Of a stretch of 64,000 nucleotides of DNA, positions 1 through 20,915 are shown piece by piece. Numbering within the stretch: position 1 is the first letter of the stretch; every line of letters begins with the position of its first letter. The translations under genes were made by a program, and so were the position numbers. The notes beneath the pieces were generated by a model, which was given only the letters and a program-made list of their open reading frames with translations, searched no databases and had not been told where the DNA came from. The DNA is from Macrostomum lignano. Lineage: Eukaryota. The stretch covers positions 1 to 64,000 of the forward strand of contig NIVC01000177.1 in assembly GCA_002269645.1 (NCBI GenBank), in the 5' to 3' direction.

Positions 1-1348
1 GTTTAGTTTAATTAGATAACAATTTAATTGGGCTTTTTCTTCTTGCTTTGCTTCACAGTTTGCTCTGCAGGTGGCTGTGAATGAAGGTGTGAACACTGTG
101 GTTTCAATTGAAGAGGCGCGGTTTTTGTCCCGCAGCGCTCTTGCTATGGCTGCCTAATAAACAAATTGTCTTAACGTTTTTTAGTTGGTTCGCTAAAATC
201 TCAGCATGGACTTCTATGCCGAGTGGACAGGGTTGACCTGGATTGGAAGCACTTTTCTTCTGAATTTAAGCTTACGACGCCAATTTGGACAAAACGCGTG
301 CTAACGATGGCAGAGTGCAATTTAAAATGATATCTGGATACATTTATCTATTTAGTTTTTATCTCTTAGCCAGTGTTAAGTCCTGATGAGTCCTGTTCGA
401 ATATAATTGACGACAAAATGATCAAGTAGTTTATGTCCAACTTGGCTATCTAGGCCTTAAACTCGTCCTTAAATTGATTTATTTTCTCGTTGTCATGGAA
501 CTTTGCGAGGAAGCAGAGGGTTCTATGGTGCCAGTTTAGCTAAAGGCCATAGACATGTAGCGATCGATCGATAGAAGTTTGTCAGGAAGCTTTTTGTCAC
601 AAAGCCAAGCATTACCAGTAGCTGGTTGAGGCAACTATTATAGGCATTCTTATTTGATCCAGCGTGCAAGAATGCTTTGGAAGTCGCCATATGCGTGCAG
701 AAATGCAAGTGTCTATGGTAAAAGCACCTTGGATTTACATGTGCACTCCGTGCAGGAATGTCAATCGTGCAAGAATGTAATGCGCAATGTTTCTATATTT
801 AGCATAACAGCCATAGACTACAAGCATAATCTTCTTTCCATCGTGCAAGAATGTTCAGACTAGCTCGCGCATATTTTGTCTATGGTTCAAGTCTAACTCC
901 ACACCCCAGCTCCACCCTTGTCTACTTTAGCCACACATGTTGGATCAAATAAGAATGGGAATCAAGCACTTTGACTTGTGCGTCTATGGCAAAAACCCTC
1001 GTGCGCTACGCGCACTCGTGTTTCAGCCATTGACGCACTCGTCAGCGTGCTGGATTCCTCCATTGTACCATGACCTTTGTGCCCGCTGGGCACTTATTCT
1101 TGCCTTTTAATGCCATAAACTACATTGAAGCCCGCTTGCAGGAGTCACACTTACTTTAATGCAAATTAGCGGGCAGTTAATGGATAAATAACGGCGCTCG
1201 CCAGACAATCGTTGTCACGCACTGGACCGCTGATTCTTTGCATTGTTTTTCTGTTTGACGATCCTACAGGCAATACATTGTTTGTAGTAATGTATTGTTC
1301 TGCATTAAAAATGTGAATAATGATCGTCAAATTGCTAAACAATGATAG

Positions 1349-1449
1349 TAATACCCATGCTTTGCGGGCGTTAATGAGAAATCCTCGGGCGCCTTGTCCT
1401 AACGGCGCCCTCTGATTTTCCCATTAACGCCCTTAAAGCATGGGTATTA
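1349..1449. mobile_element. 101-bp near-perfect palindrome, probably a tiny TA-flanked MITE
   Basis: TAATACCCATGCTTT-GC-GGGCGTTAATG-AGAAATC-CTC-GGGCGCC, then a 10-nt loop, then the reverse complement ending AAAGCATGGGTATTA. TA at both ends. Confidence 0.6.
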
Positions 1450-1732
1450 ATGTACTACTAACCTCGCTTGAACTATACGAAAGTCTACTTCTTAAGTCTT
1501 CGCATTGCCCGCTCTTGCTGTTAACTATTTAGCTATTATTAGGTGAAAAGCAACTAGAAAATAGTGTGTTGTCATTCTCCATCAATTTCAGTACCTAGCG
1601 ATTTGGCCACTTTCAATTTTTGTTTCGATATATCTATAAAATTTACAAGCTACGAGCGTAGTGTTAGTCTGTGAGAGCTGCAAAGCATTGATTAGGCTTT
1701 AAGACAAGTATTTATTTAAAATTACAGACAGC

Positions 1733-2338
1733 CAGGCGCGTCGCCTTCGGAGGGACAGCTGGGGGAGCTGGGGCTTGTTCCCTCCACCCCTTGTGACCTG
1801 TTATGGAAATCAATAGTTTTGCTTCAGAGTGACAAAATAGAGCACCCGCGGCCCCAAAACGAGTGCCTGTGGCGCTGAAATGAGTGCCTGTGGCGCTAAA
1901 ATGAGTGCCTGTGGCGCTGAAATGAGTGCCTGCGGCGCCAAAACGAGTGCCTGCGGCGCTAAAATGAGTGCCTGCGGCGCCAAAACGAGTGCCTGTGGCG
2001 CTGAAATGAGTGCCTGTGGCGCTGAAATGAGTGCCTGCGGCGCCAAAACGAGTGCCTGTGGCGCTAAAATGAGTGCCTGTGGCGCTAAAATGAGTGCCTG
2101 CGGCGCTAAAATGAGTGCCTGTGGCGCTGAAATGAGTGCCTGCGGCGCCAAAACGAGTGCCTGCGGCGCTAAAATGAGTGCCTGCGGCGCTAAAATGAGT
2201 GCCTGCGGCGCTAAAATGAGCACTGATAACACCGACTCAAAGGTAGGAAAGGGGTACATGTAGGAATTTAGTCATGTACATGTGCATGTAGAATTCTTGG
2301 CTTTGTCCCCCACCATAAAATCCATGGCGACGCCCATG
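1733..2338. mobile_element. hAT-like non-autonomous element carrying an internal 21-bp tandem array
   Basis: Left end CAGGCGCGTCGCC; right end (reverse complement) CATGGGCGTCGCC, 11/13 match. Flanks CAGACAGC and CAGACGGT match 6/8, a decayed 8-bp TSD. Confidence 0.55.
1861..2222. repeat. 21-bp minisatellite GAGTGCCTGYGGCGCYRAAAY, ~17 copies
   Basis: Directly visible periodicity; it generates the APQALIL and SACGAKM pseudo-ORFs. Confidence 0.95.
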
Positions 2339-3104
2339 CAGACGGTTTTTTCGAATCCTGTGTTTTTTTTTCAGTTTTCTTGCGCTCTCTATAGTAGAAT
2401 ATACAGAAGGGAAAGCTGATTGTTGAAGAGGACGGTCACGTGTGTGCTATAATTATAATCCATCCCTAAGCTGAGTTGTCTCCTTTCCTTTAATTATGCA
2501 GATCTTGAGCAGCAGGCATAGCCATCTGCAGCCGAGTAATCATATGGACTGAGCTTGCTTCGCTGTCCCTGCCTCACTGCTCTGCTTTGCTGGGAAAATA
2601 GGCTTCTGCCTCATCTCTCTCCGCATCCATGAGTGCGCTGCACTGTAGCCTCTGTGCCTCTCTGCGCGCCAACAACACTTATTGTTCCAATAGAGTTTAT
2701 CGCCATTCTATTCTGTTAGCTGTTACGCTCGGGTTGGCACTCGCATGCTTTGAATACAAAATGAATTAATTGAACCTGTCCGTCGGACGTCTCTGACTGT
2801 GCTGCTCTTTGCCCTGTCCCCCAGCTATGAATTCTACCGCTGCTCGCCCCATGGTGCCAAAAGACAGCAACCCCCCCCTATGGCGCACTTATAAGAATGC
2901 ATGCCGCACTCGGAGGGCATCTCGGGCGAAATCCGGTGCAAAGCCTGGCGCCAAAGGGTTAGAAAAGTTTTTTCCTGAAACCCGAGCTGCAGAACTGCGG
3001 CAATTCAAAGTTTAATAATTCCAAGTTGTTGGCGGAGGCGAAGCAATTGTCGGTCTCTCGATCTCTACACTCACTGAAAGATTCAATGCCAGCAACTGTT
3101 AGCG

Positions 3105-4930
3105 ATGCAAGTCAAAGCGACGGCTTCAGAGCTTAGCTGGCATTGCTCAGGGCAGCGCCGATCTGCAACGGTTGCCAACTGCGCCTCGTCAGAGTCCGCC
3201 GGCGTCAATGGCGGCGAAACCGATGACGAAGGACTCGGCCGGGAGGTCAGCGAGGAGGAGCACAACGCTCTGACGGATGCTGCGGCCCAGCTGCACAGGG
3301 TAGGTGGCTGGGGGAATGCTATACAGGTATATAGCTGCAGAGGTCCAGTGGGAAGAGTTCGGGAGCTGCAGTGTGCTGAGGGACAGGAGGGAGAGGCAGC
3401 TGCAGAAGTCCAGTGGGAAGAGTGCGGGAGCTGCAGTGTGCTGAGGGACAGGAGGGAGAGGCAGCTGCAGAGGTCCAGTGGGAAGAGTGCGGGAGCTGCA
3501 GTGTGCTGAGGGACAGGAGGGAGAGGCAGCTGCAGAAGTCCAGTGGGAAGAGTGCGGGAGCTGCAGTGTGCTGAGGGACAGGAGGGAGAGGCAGCTGCAG
3601 AGGTCCAGTGGGAAGAGTGCGGGAGCTGCAGTGTGCTGAGGGACAGGAGGGAGAGGCAGCTGCAGAGGTCCAGTGGGAAGAGTGCGTGAGCCGCAGTGGG
3701 CCTAGATACAGGAGGGAGAGGCAGCTGCAGAGGTCCAGTGGGAAGAGTGCGTGAGCCGCAGTGTGCTGAGGGACAGGAGGGAGAGGCAGCTGCAGAGGTC
3801 CAGTGGGAAGAGTGCGGGAGCTGCAGTGTGCTGAGGGACAGGAGGGAGAGGCAGCTGCAGAGGTCCAGTGGGAAGAGTGCGTGAGCCGCAGTGGGCCTAG
3901 ATACAGGAGGGAGAGGCAGCTGCAGAGGTCCAGTGGGAAGAGTGCGTGAGCCGCAGTGGGCCTAGATACAGGAGGGAGAGGCAGCTGCAGAGGTCCAGTG
4001 GGAAGAGTGCGTGAGCCGCAGTGGGCCTAGATACAGGAGGGAGAGGCAGCTGCAGAGGTCCAGTGGGAAGAGTGCGTGAGCCGCAGTGGGCCTAGATACA
4101 GGAGGGAGAGGTTAATGTAGCCAACAAGAAGACCTAGTCAGAACTTTAAACGCTCTACATCAGTTCAGTATTCATCGCATTTTTACCCCATTTTTCAGGA
4201 TGCGCAACGGTCTGGTTCAGAATCTCAGTTGGACGCCGTTACGACTCCCATTGTCGAGTCAAACAATGTACTGCTTAGACAGTTCCCAGTCGCCGAAAAA
4301 GTAATATTTGAACCTATCAATGGGGATGAGGACGCGATGGAGGCGGAGGCTGAGCCGGATGAGGCTGCGATAATTGTCCCTCTGTCTCCATCGGCCGGCA
4401 ACGCGATGGACGAGCCTTCTGAGGCTTGCTGTCTCTGGTCGATCGCCGAAGACTCGCCGAGGATGCCAACGGATGGCACCGCGGATCCACCGGCGTCCTC
4501 CTCCGCTTCGTCGGTCGGCAGCTCCCAGTCCGTCTATGATAATCTACCAGCTGAGCCGGCGCTGGCCTCCTGGCTGCTGGCCGACTCAGCCGATGCCGCC
4601 CTGGCCGCCGGCCTCCAGGACCGCTGGAGCCAAGTGCTGGACTGTGTGCAGCGGGAGCTGGAGTCCTTGATTGACTACGAGCCCGAGGATTGTTCGCACA
4701 GAGCTGTCCAGATAGCTAAGCAGATTTTGCAACTGCTCGTGTCTGGTACCAACTCTCGTTTCAAATTCGTCACCATGGTAACCCTGGCCAAGGCCGGCTC
4801 GCCCGAGTCCCGGTTCCACCAACTGTGCCGGAGCGCCGCCGACAACAGCCGGGATTTCAGCCGGGTGGCCGCTTGCCGGGGGCGCGCAGTGTCCGCGCTG
4901 GTCAGCTGCCATTTCTTCCGGCTGGACTGA
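3105..4930 (+). CDS. Tctex-1 (dynein light chain Tctex-type) domain protein with long acidic N-terminus; join(3105..3299,4199..4930), ~308 aa
   Basis: Donor AGG|GTAGGT at 3300 and acceptor TTTTTCAG|GAT at 4198 join in phase 0. The C-terminal ~105 aa (QVLDCVQRELESLIDYEPEDC...IAKQILQLL...RFKFVTMVTL...SRDFS...VSALVSCHFFRLD) follow the Tctex-1 pattern (Y, RYK-hh strand, D, terminal strand). The start codon is uncertain. Confidence 0.6.
3333..4110. repeat. 65-bp minisatellite (~12 copies) filling the Tctex-gene intron
   Basis: AGTGCGGGAG recurs at 3421, 3486 and 3551. Later units switch from GTGCTGAGGGACA to GGGCCTAGATACA. Confidence 0.95.
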
Positions 4931-5094
4931 CCGCGCCCCCCCCCCCGGCTGAGTAAAATCTGCGGGATTTCATTGTGGGGGGAATTTTCCCATCTTCCTC
5001 ATTTCCCCATAATCGGCGGTATACGCGATGCGGTGTCTGTCCTACTCAGTTTGACGCATCTGGAATGGACTCTGGCGCCAACAAAGCTTATGAG

Positions 5095-5385
5095 TTGGCG
5101 AGAGTAGATTATATTTTGGCGCCACCAATTTTTTGGCGCCACTAGATTTTATTTTGGCGCCACTTGATTATACTTTGGCGCCACAAGATTATATTTTGGC
5201 GCCACTAGATTATATTTTGGCGCCACTTGATTAAACTTTGGCGCCACTTGATTAAACTTTGGCGCCACTATATTTTATTTTGGCGCCTCTTGATTAGATT
5301 TCGGCGCCACTAGATTCTGTTTTGGCGTCACTAGATTACATTTTGACGCCACTAGATTATATTTTTGAGCCACTAGATTTAGCAT
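5095..5385. repeat. 21-bp minisatellite TTTTGGCGCCACTAGATTATA, ~14 copies
   Basis: Visible periodicity with an almost invariant TTTTGGCGCCAC core. Confidence 0.9.
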
Positions 5386-6002
5386 CATAAAATATTGTTT
5401 TATTTCCAATTTGCAAACTTAAGGCGCCCATGACACCCAATGTAGCGCGCAGACTCTATGCCACTTTGGTGCCTTTCTAAGAACCTCAGAGTTGAGGGCT
5501 AAGGGGGGGGGGGACGCAACACCGCTTGAGCCGCGAACCCCCTGTTAGATGCTAGTCGGCAGATTTACTGTATTTGTATAGATCTCTCAGTTTTGTAATG
5601 CAACACGATTTTAATGCCTACAGCTATTTTTGCACACCTTTTGATTTTAATTCAGTTAGCTTAGCCTTTTCCCCTGTCAGTCAGGGTTATTTTTACCGTT
5701 CTATTGATAGATGCATTCCTCTGACGGCCGAACACAAGCAAAAATTGTTGATAATATTCATTTCTTCCTACTAATAGTAGAACAATTAGTGACGCCTTTT
5801 TGATGAGCTCAGGAATTTTAGAATTTTCATTAAATTCTCTATCCATACATGCGGATTTAATATGTTCGTCTTTTATGATTGATGCATTTTATCGTTGAGA
5901 CAATTGCACGTCTCTCAATTGCTGACTTTGCGATTCAAAAAGATGTCATTTGCCTGCCAGATTTGAACATCGCCAAGATGGAGAAATTGCCCATTACCTC
6001 CC

Positions 6003-6205
6003 CCACTCCGTGTGTCTCACCCTCACTTCTCTCCCCCAAACTCTCCCACTCCGTGTGTCTCACCCTCACTTCTCTCCCCCACTCCGTGTGTCTCACCCTC
6101 ACTTCCCTCTCCCACTCCGTGTGTCTCACCCTCACTTCCCTCTCCCACTCCCTGTGTCTCACCCTCACTCCCTCTCCCACTCCCTCTGTCTCACCCTCAC
6201 TTCCC
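6003..6205. repeat. 33-bp C/T-rich minisatellite, ~6 copies
   Basis: ACTCCGTGTGTCTCACCCTCAC recurs at 6048, 6081 and 6114. Confidence 0.9.
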
Positions 6206-6870
6206 TCTTTGGCAGCCCTAATTTATCCTAATTTTTTTCGCGTCCTTTCACCTTCCCGCCAGCTTCCCCGCAGTCTCACTCTCTCCATCCATCCCCTCCA
6301 TATGGCTGGGATAATAATTGGGCGTGAGGACAGAGGCGCAGGCAGGGGAGAAAGCACCGAGCGAGGCTTTGAATAGATAATGGGGAAGAGGATGTTGGCC
6401 ACCAATCCTAATCCCCATACTTGAGCCCGCCAGCTCGCGCCTGGTTCATTCCCTGCAATCATCAGTTCAATTAAGTGGGGAGGTCTGGCCGCCCATATGT
6501 CAGGCGTATAAGATAGGTGCTCACACTGTTGAGATGGAAAATCTGATCAGTCTCGTCCTCGGCAGGCAGTTTATTTGCTTATATTTCTTCACTGTCGCAT
6601 GGGTCTGATTGGCACGGAGGCTGGATTTGTAGCCACGGCCACTCACTATGCTGCTACTTCGCTTGAAGAATCTCGAAGTCGTTGAGCTTCCTAAGAAACG
6701 CAGGAAAATATCCATCATGAATGTATAATACCCATTGTACCTGTGCTCAGCGAGACCCAAGCACTTTTGGGACCGATTTCATCAGGGACTTTGGGGAATC
6801 ACGTTTGGCGTTCATTATTTTACATTTTTGCGCACTAGTTGAACTCCAACCACATATATCTTTCGCTTAA

Positions 6871-8603
6871 CAGTAGGAATACCAAGCCATTTTTCCGCCC
6901 GTCGAACTACCAAGAGGGGGGAATTCCCCCTGACATTTTTTTTGCTGCGCCGGAACGGAGCAACGCAGGCACACGAAATTCAAGAACACGGGCTAACTTT
7001 TTGTTGCGCACCTTCTCAAACAAGAATCAAGTCGCCAGCCCTTCGGACCGTCGAGAAATTCGACGATTCTGCCAGAAGGTCGGATTTTTCCCATAAGTGC
7101 CAGTGTATTCAGTACACCCCTGTGCGCCAATCAGCACTGCGCCTCAGTGCTGCATTGCCAAGTCTCCAAATTTCATCAGCACGTCGAACACATGTGTCTG
7201 CATCAGTTCTGACTTCGTTGGTCACTAGCCTTCACCCAAGTGGAGCTTCTGGACCCTCAACAGCTGTGGCACCAGGTGACTATGGACACCCTGATGCGGA
7301 TTTCTCTAGTTTCGCCGATCAAGCCTCGACAGTGGGCAAGAATCAACCGCCAGACATTCTCAGCTAGTCTCTCAAGCATTCCGTCATCATCCCGACGCCG
7401 TCGGCTCCTTCAACAGATTACACCAGGTGACTATGGACAGCCTGATAAGAAATCTCTAGTTTCGCTGATCAAGCCTCGATAGTGGGCAAAAATCAACTGC
7501 TGGACATCCTCAGTTAGTCAGTCAAGCATTCAGCCATCAACCGGACGCCGTCGGCTCCTTCAACAGATTACACCAGGTGACAATGGACATCCTGTTGCAA
7601 AAATGTCAGGTTTTTCTTATTATTAAAAAATGAAAAAACGGATTGAATTTACTGGCTTCTTAAAAGCATAACCCTTTCTGCATAAAAATTGGGTTCAATC
7701 TTATAGTTGAATAAACTAAACAGCTTTTCGAATAAAATACGTATGTAGCTCGTATGCATAAAAGTATGTGTAATAATAATATAAATATACAGCAACATGA
7801 GTTCAAGCTTAACTATAGCAATGTCCGTGCTTTAAAAATTTTGAGAGCTTCAGAAATGTTAAGAGCATGATAAAAAATCACGCTCAGGTGTCCTTACTCC
7901 CCTGGTGCCACCTGTTAAAGGTGCCGACGGCGTCGGGGTGATGGCTGAATGCTTGACTGACTAGCTGAGGATGTCCAGAAGTTGAGGTTTGCTCATTATT
8001 GAACTTGATAAGAAAAACCTGACATATTTGCAACAGGCTGTCGGGATCGGGACGTCGGGATGATGACGGCGTCCCGACGTCCCGGCGTCCCGACGGCGTC
8101 GGGATGATGACGGAATGCTTGAGAGACTAGCTGAGAATGTCTGGCGGTTGATTCTTGCCCACTGTCGAGGCTTGATCGGCGAAACTAGAGAAATCCGCAT
8201 CAGGGTGTCCATAGTCACCTGGTGCCACAGCTGTTGAGGGTCCAGAAGCTCCACTTGGGTGAAGGCTAGTGACCAACGAAGTCAGAACTGATGCAGACAC
8301 ATGTGTTCGACGTGCTGATGAAATTTGGAGACTTGGCAAGGCTGCACTGCGGCGCAGTGCTAATTGGCGCACAGGGGTGTACTGAATTCACTAGCACTTA
8401 TGGGAAAAATCCGACCTTCTGGCAGAATCGTCAAATATCTCAACGGTCCGGAGGGCTGGCGACTTGATTCTTGTTTGAGAAGGTGCGCAACAAAAAGTTA
8501 GCCCGTGTTCTTGAATTTCGTGTGCCTGCGTTGCTCCGTTCCGGCGCAGCAAAAAAAATTGTCAGGGGGGGGAAATTTCCCCCCCCTCTTGGTAGTTCTA
8601 CTG
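6871..8603. mobile_element. 1733-bp foldback element with ~700-bp inverted arms, TTAA-flanked, non-coding
   Basis: TTAA|CAGTAG at 6867-6876 and CTACTG|TTAA at 8598-8607. 6904-7404 is the reverse complement of ~8090-8598, and homology continues inward to ~7620/7900. Internal ~150-bp subrepeats (CACCAGGTGAC at 7270, 7421, 7571). Confidence 0.8.
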
Positions 8604-9559
8604 TTAATACACATTATTTATGAGTCGTTTGCGACAAGAAAGTCATAATATATAAAATACTGTGAACCAGAACTCTTAAAAAAAGAAAATTAATTTCATA
8701 ATTGTAAATAAATTCATATATAAAGGCTTTTTGCTTAAACAGTCAGTCAAAGTAATATCAGTAGAAAAGTCGTCTCAGAACAGAAACCTCTTCATCAAGT
8801 CTCAGGGCCGCATCAATCACAGTAAGAAAACTTACTTTTAGTGCAAGTCCATATTTTCAAGTTTTTTTAGATTTCGCATCGTCTCTAGCCTATATCTATA
8901 ATCCCATTGGCTTTGCCTAAGGCGGCCAATCACGCATTGCGCCAGCATTGGTACCGTGACATTTCTCCTACACTTTAACCACCAGCTAAAAGGCAGACGG
9001 CTCAAGCTCGTCAATTGGAGAGCCCAGACGCCGGCGGGCCACGATATTCTAGGAAAAAAACTTTCCACTAACAATCGCTGCTTAACGAACCCAGTGAGGA
9101 TCTGCATTGAAATCTTCTGATTTTCAATTTGCTGGCCAGACGATTTTTTTAAATCAATAAACAGTAAAAAAACAACGTGTCCCAAATTTCAGGCAAGTGA
9201 AAGTTTTACTTGCATATTTTTTATATTACGCTCGTACAGCTGCATAACACCATTTTTAGTTAGTTACTAGCAATTTAAGCCCCCCCGTTGGGGGGCGCAA
9301 AAATGACGCCAAGTGGTTTTTATTTTGGCCAATGAGTAATAACCTTACTTATTATTCAAAATCCATTAATCAAAATTTACTTTTTCTTATTTTTGGCAAA
9401 AATAAATTGCCATGAATAAAAACCTTCACCAGCCAAAGTTTCCTTCATCAGCCCAAAAGCCTTTCTCATTCAGCAAATAGTACTTATCCTTTCAAGCACA
9501 AACTCTTAGGGCATATCGTCATTGGCCTGGGCATATTCTGGTCCGCAGCAGGAGCTCAA

Positions 9560-9755
9560 TATGCCATAAGCCTTGATGACATCTCAATAATTTCCCCAGT
9601 AAGCCTTGGCATCTCAGAAATCCCCCAAGTAAGCCTTCACATCTCAGTAATTCCCCCAGCAAGCCTTGAAGTCTCAGCAATTCCCCCAGTAAGCCTTGAC
9701 ATTTCAGAAATTCCCCCAGTAAGCCTTGACATCTCAGCAATTCCTCCCAGCAAGC
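9560..9755. repeat. 30-bp minisatellite, ~6 copies
   Basis: AAGCCTT starts units at 9601, 9631, 9661, 9691 and 9721. Confidence 0.9.
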
Positions 9756-9757
9756 TC

Positions 9758-10289
9758 CTGTAGTGTAACAGGACATAAAACTCAAAGAACGTGTAAATTT
9801 TTGAAGGCCGATTTCCTGGGAAAAAGACACTGCGGAGATAGGAAAAAAGAAAAAAGTGAAAGTTTCCTACTACTGTTTTCTTTTTACTTCATAAACCCAA
9901 AGTGAATATTAGTAGGAACTAATATTCATTGGAATGGAATCATACCTACAATGATGGCTTAAGAGTACCTGGATGCAAAATTTATTACAAATATCCTGGA
10001 TTCAATTAAGAAGGAACAAAACAAAAGGTTAAGCTAATGACAATTGCGAATATTTACAACTTGAGGCTTCTGTAACAAAAATAAAACAATATTAAAATGA
10101 AACTTGCACTACACAGCTGTATAAAATACAACAGAGTAACATGTTGCGCATGCTAAATTGACAAAAAATGCAATCATAGATTATGTGGTAAAAAAAGGTT
10201 TTCTCCTATCTCCGCAGTGTATTCTTTCCAGGAAATCGGCCTCCAAAAAATTACACGATCTTTGAGTTTTGCGTCCCGTTACACTGCAG
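9758..10289. mobile_element. MITE-like element with ~90-bp imperfect TIRs and an AT-rich core
   Basis: CTGTAGTGTAACAGGACATAAAACTCAAAGAACGTGTAA...CACTGCGGAGATAGGA (9758-9843) matches the reverse complement of ~10203-10289. No clear TSD. Confidence 0.6.
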
Positions 10290-11349
10290 TGGTGTTTGAG
10301 CCTGTTATGGAGTATGCCGAAAGAAATCCGCTAAGCTTAGTTTCGGATTTTCAGTCTTCATCCAGTGGAAATTAGCGGTTTTCAATTTGCCCGCAAGGTT
10401 TAGCCCCGGCAACAGCAAATAATAAAAGAACTCCGCCCTTGCCCGCTGGTGAAATTCCGCGAAATATTGCCGCTGATTGAAAAATCGGGGGGACAAGAAA
10501 AGAGCTTGGGGTACAGAGAGGAATGTCCGAGTCTCAACTGCTCTCCCGATTGACTGATGGGCTCCTGGAGGGTCGGGCAGGCGGTGTGACTTCAAGATGA
10601 CTCAGAAAGAGCTGGAAGGCGGGCGAGATCCATGCCAAAGAAAATATGATCCTCCACATCTCAGCGCAGCTCAGCCCATAGCCACTGCAGTTCTGGCCCT
10701 CATTTATCCATTCTCATTGCTAGTCAAATGGGCCCCCCCGTGCTCGACTGCGCCAGAAAGTTCGCCGCATGCACCGGTTGGGGCGCACAAGTCGGGCCCG
10801 CTTCCTATGGACACCAATTATTGCCCGAGGCCTTTCCTACAATTAGAACCGGCCATCTCCGCCATGCCCAGGGGCTGGCTGGCCTTGACCAGTTTTCAAG
10901 TCCGCGAATTTTTTTTCAAAAGTGTGAAGAAGAGAGACGAGCTTTCCCTATGCTCCTCCTCCCCGACTCCTCATTTCCGCCCGGCAACAGCTCGGCCAGA
11001 AATTTATGCGCCGCCCCCCCCCCTCAGAAAATGCACTAATTCTCCTTCGTCTCCTTGGCTGCTTTTTGTTCGGCAGTGGGCTGACTTTTCAACTGGAGTT
11101 CCTTAAATCAAAATTAGCCTGGGGCTCGGCTGCACAGTTCAAATGACAGCCATTGCGGAGATACCAGACTCCGACAGTCTCATCCAGGACAGCCGCTTCC
11201 TTCTTAGTCCTCTAAAAAGGCCATGGCCAAATTATGAAGCTATTATCTAGTCTGAGACGTTCTGTCCGGAATTAGGTTTTAATTTTAATTGAAAGTATGT
11301 TGGGTACTAACTAGCTCTGAGTTGGGAGGGCAGACGGCCTCAAATCTTA

Positions 11350-11775
11350 CATCACATTAGCTACTTCAGTAGGTGGGACACCCAGCACATTAGCCAATTG
11401 AGTAGGAGGGGACACCCAGTACATTAGCTAATTGAGTAGGAGGGGACACCCAGTACATTAGCTACATGAGTAATAGGGGACACCCAGCACATTAGCTACT
11501 TCAGTAGGTGGGACACCCAGCACATTAGCTAATTGAATAGGAGGGGACACCCAACACATTAGCTACGTGAATAGGAGGGGACACCCAGCACATTAGCTAC
11601 GTGAGTAGGAGAGGACACCCAGCACATTAGCTAATTGAGTAGGAGGGGACACCCAACACATTAGCTACGTGAGTAGGAGGGACACCCAACACATTAGCTA
11701 CTTGAGTAGGGGACACCTAGCACATTAGCTACATAAGTAGGAGAGGAGGCCCAGCACATTAGCTACTTGAGTATT
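11350..11775. repeat. 34-bp minisatellite (GAGTAGGAGGGGACACCCAGCACATTAGCTAMTT), ~12 copies, just upstream of the K2P gene
   Basis: AGTAGG at 11401 and 11435; the periodicity continues across the interval. Confidence 0.9.
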
Positions 11776-11850
11776 CCTACCCACACTACTATAAATAATC
11801 CTGCAATGTCAAGTCTCAGGTGCTCAAGTAGAGTCAAACTATCTCCCTAA

Positions 11851-20532
<8,682 letters not shown>

Positions 20533-20744
20533 CCTGTTAATATAAACTAGAGCACACTGAATTTTGAGGAATTTTTGTCGCGAGAACGGAAGCCCCAGGC
20601 TTGCTCACAACGCATTATGAGTGTGTTTTGCTTTGAGAGAAAATGGGAGATTTTCCTGCCTGAATATCTTTTAAAAGAGCGCAGTCCGCAAGCTTAGCCG
20701 TGTTTTCGCTGGCAAGCAGCTTGATGCAGCCAGCTTCTAGCAGC

Positions 20745-20915
20745 AGCTGCCGTCGCCTCTGTAGCTGCCGCCCTCTCTGTGCTGCCGCCCCCTCTGTAGC
20801 TGCCGCCCTCTCTGTGCTGCCGCCCCCTCTGTAGCTGGGGCCCCCTCTGTAGCTGGCGCCCCCTCTGTAGCTGGCGCCCCCTCTGTAGCTGGCGCCCCCT
20901 CTGTGCTGGCGCCTG
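20745..20915. repeat. ~18-bp GC-rich tandem array CTGTAGCTGSCGCCCCCT downstream of the K2P stop
   Basis: Visible periodicity. Confidence 0.8.

Noticed and set aside
372-460. Possible hammerhead ribozyme (CTGATGAGTC...GACGACAAAA...GTC)
   Set aside because: The CUGAUGA box and a 3-bp stem II are present, but GAAA is replaced by GACA and stems I and III do not pair convincingly. At best a dead remnant; an Infernal search with hammerhead models would settle it.
6521-6810. Possible minus-strand exon pair (CACAG|GTACAA donor, TTTCTTAG|GAAG acceptor) next to the foldback element
   Set aside because: The splice-like signals are plausible, but no recognisable protein or upstream exon could be established.
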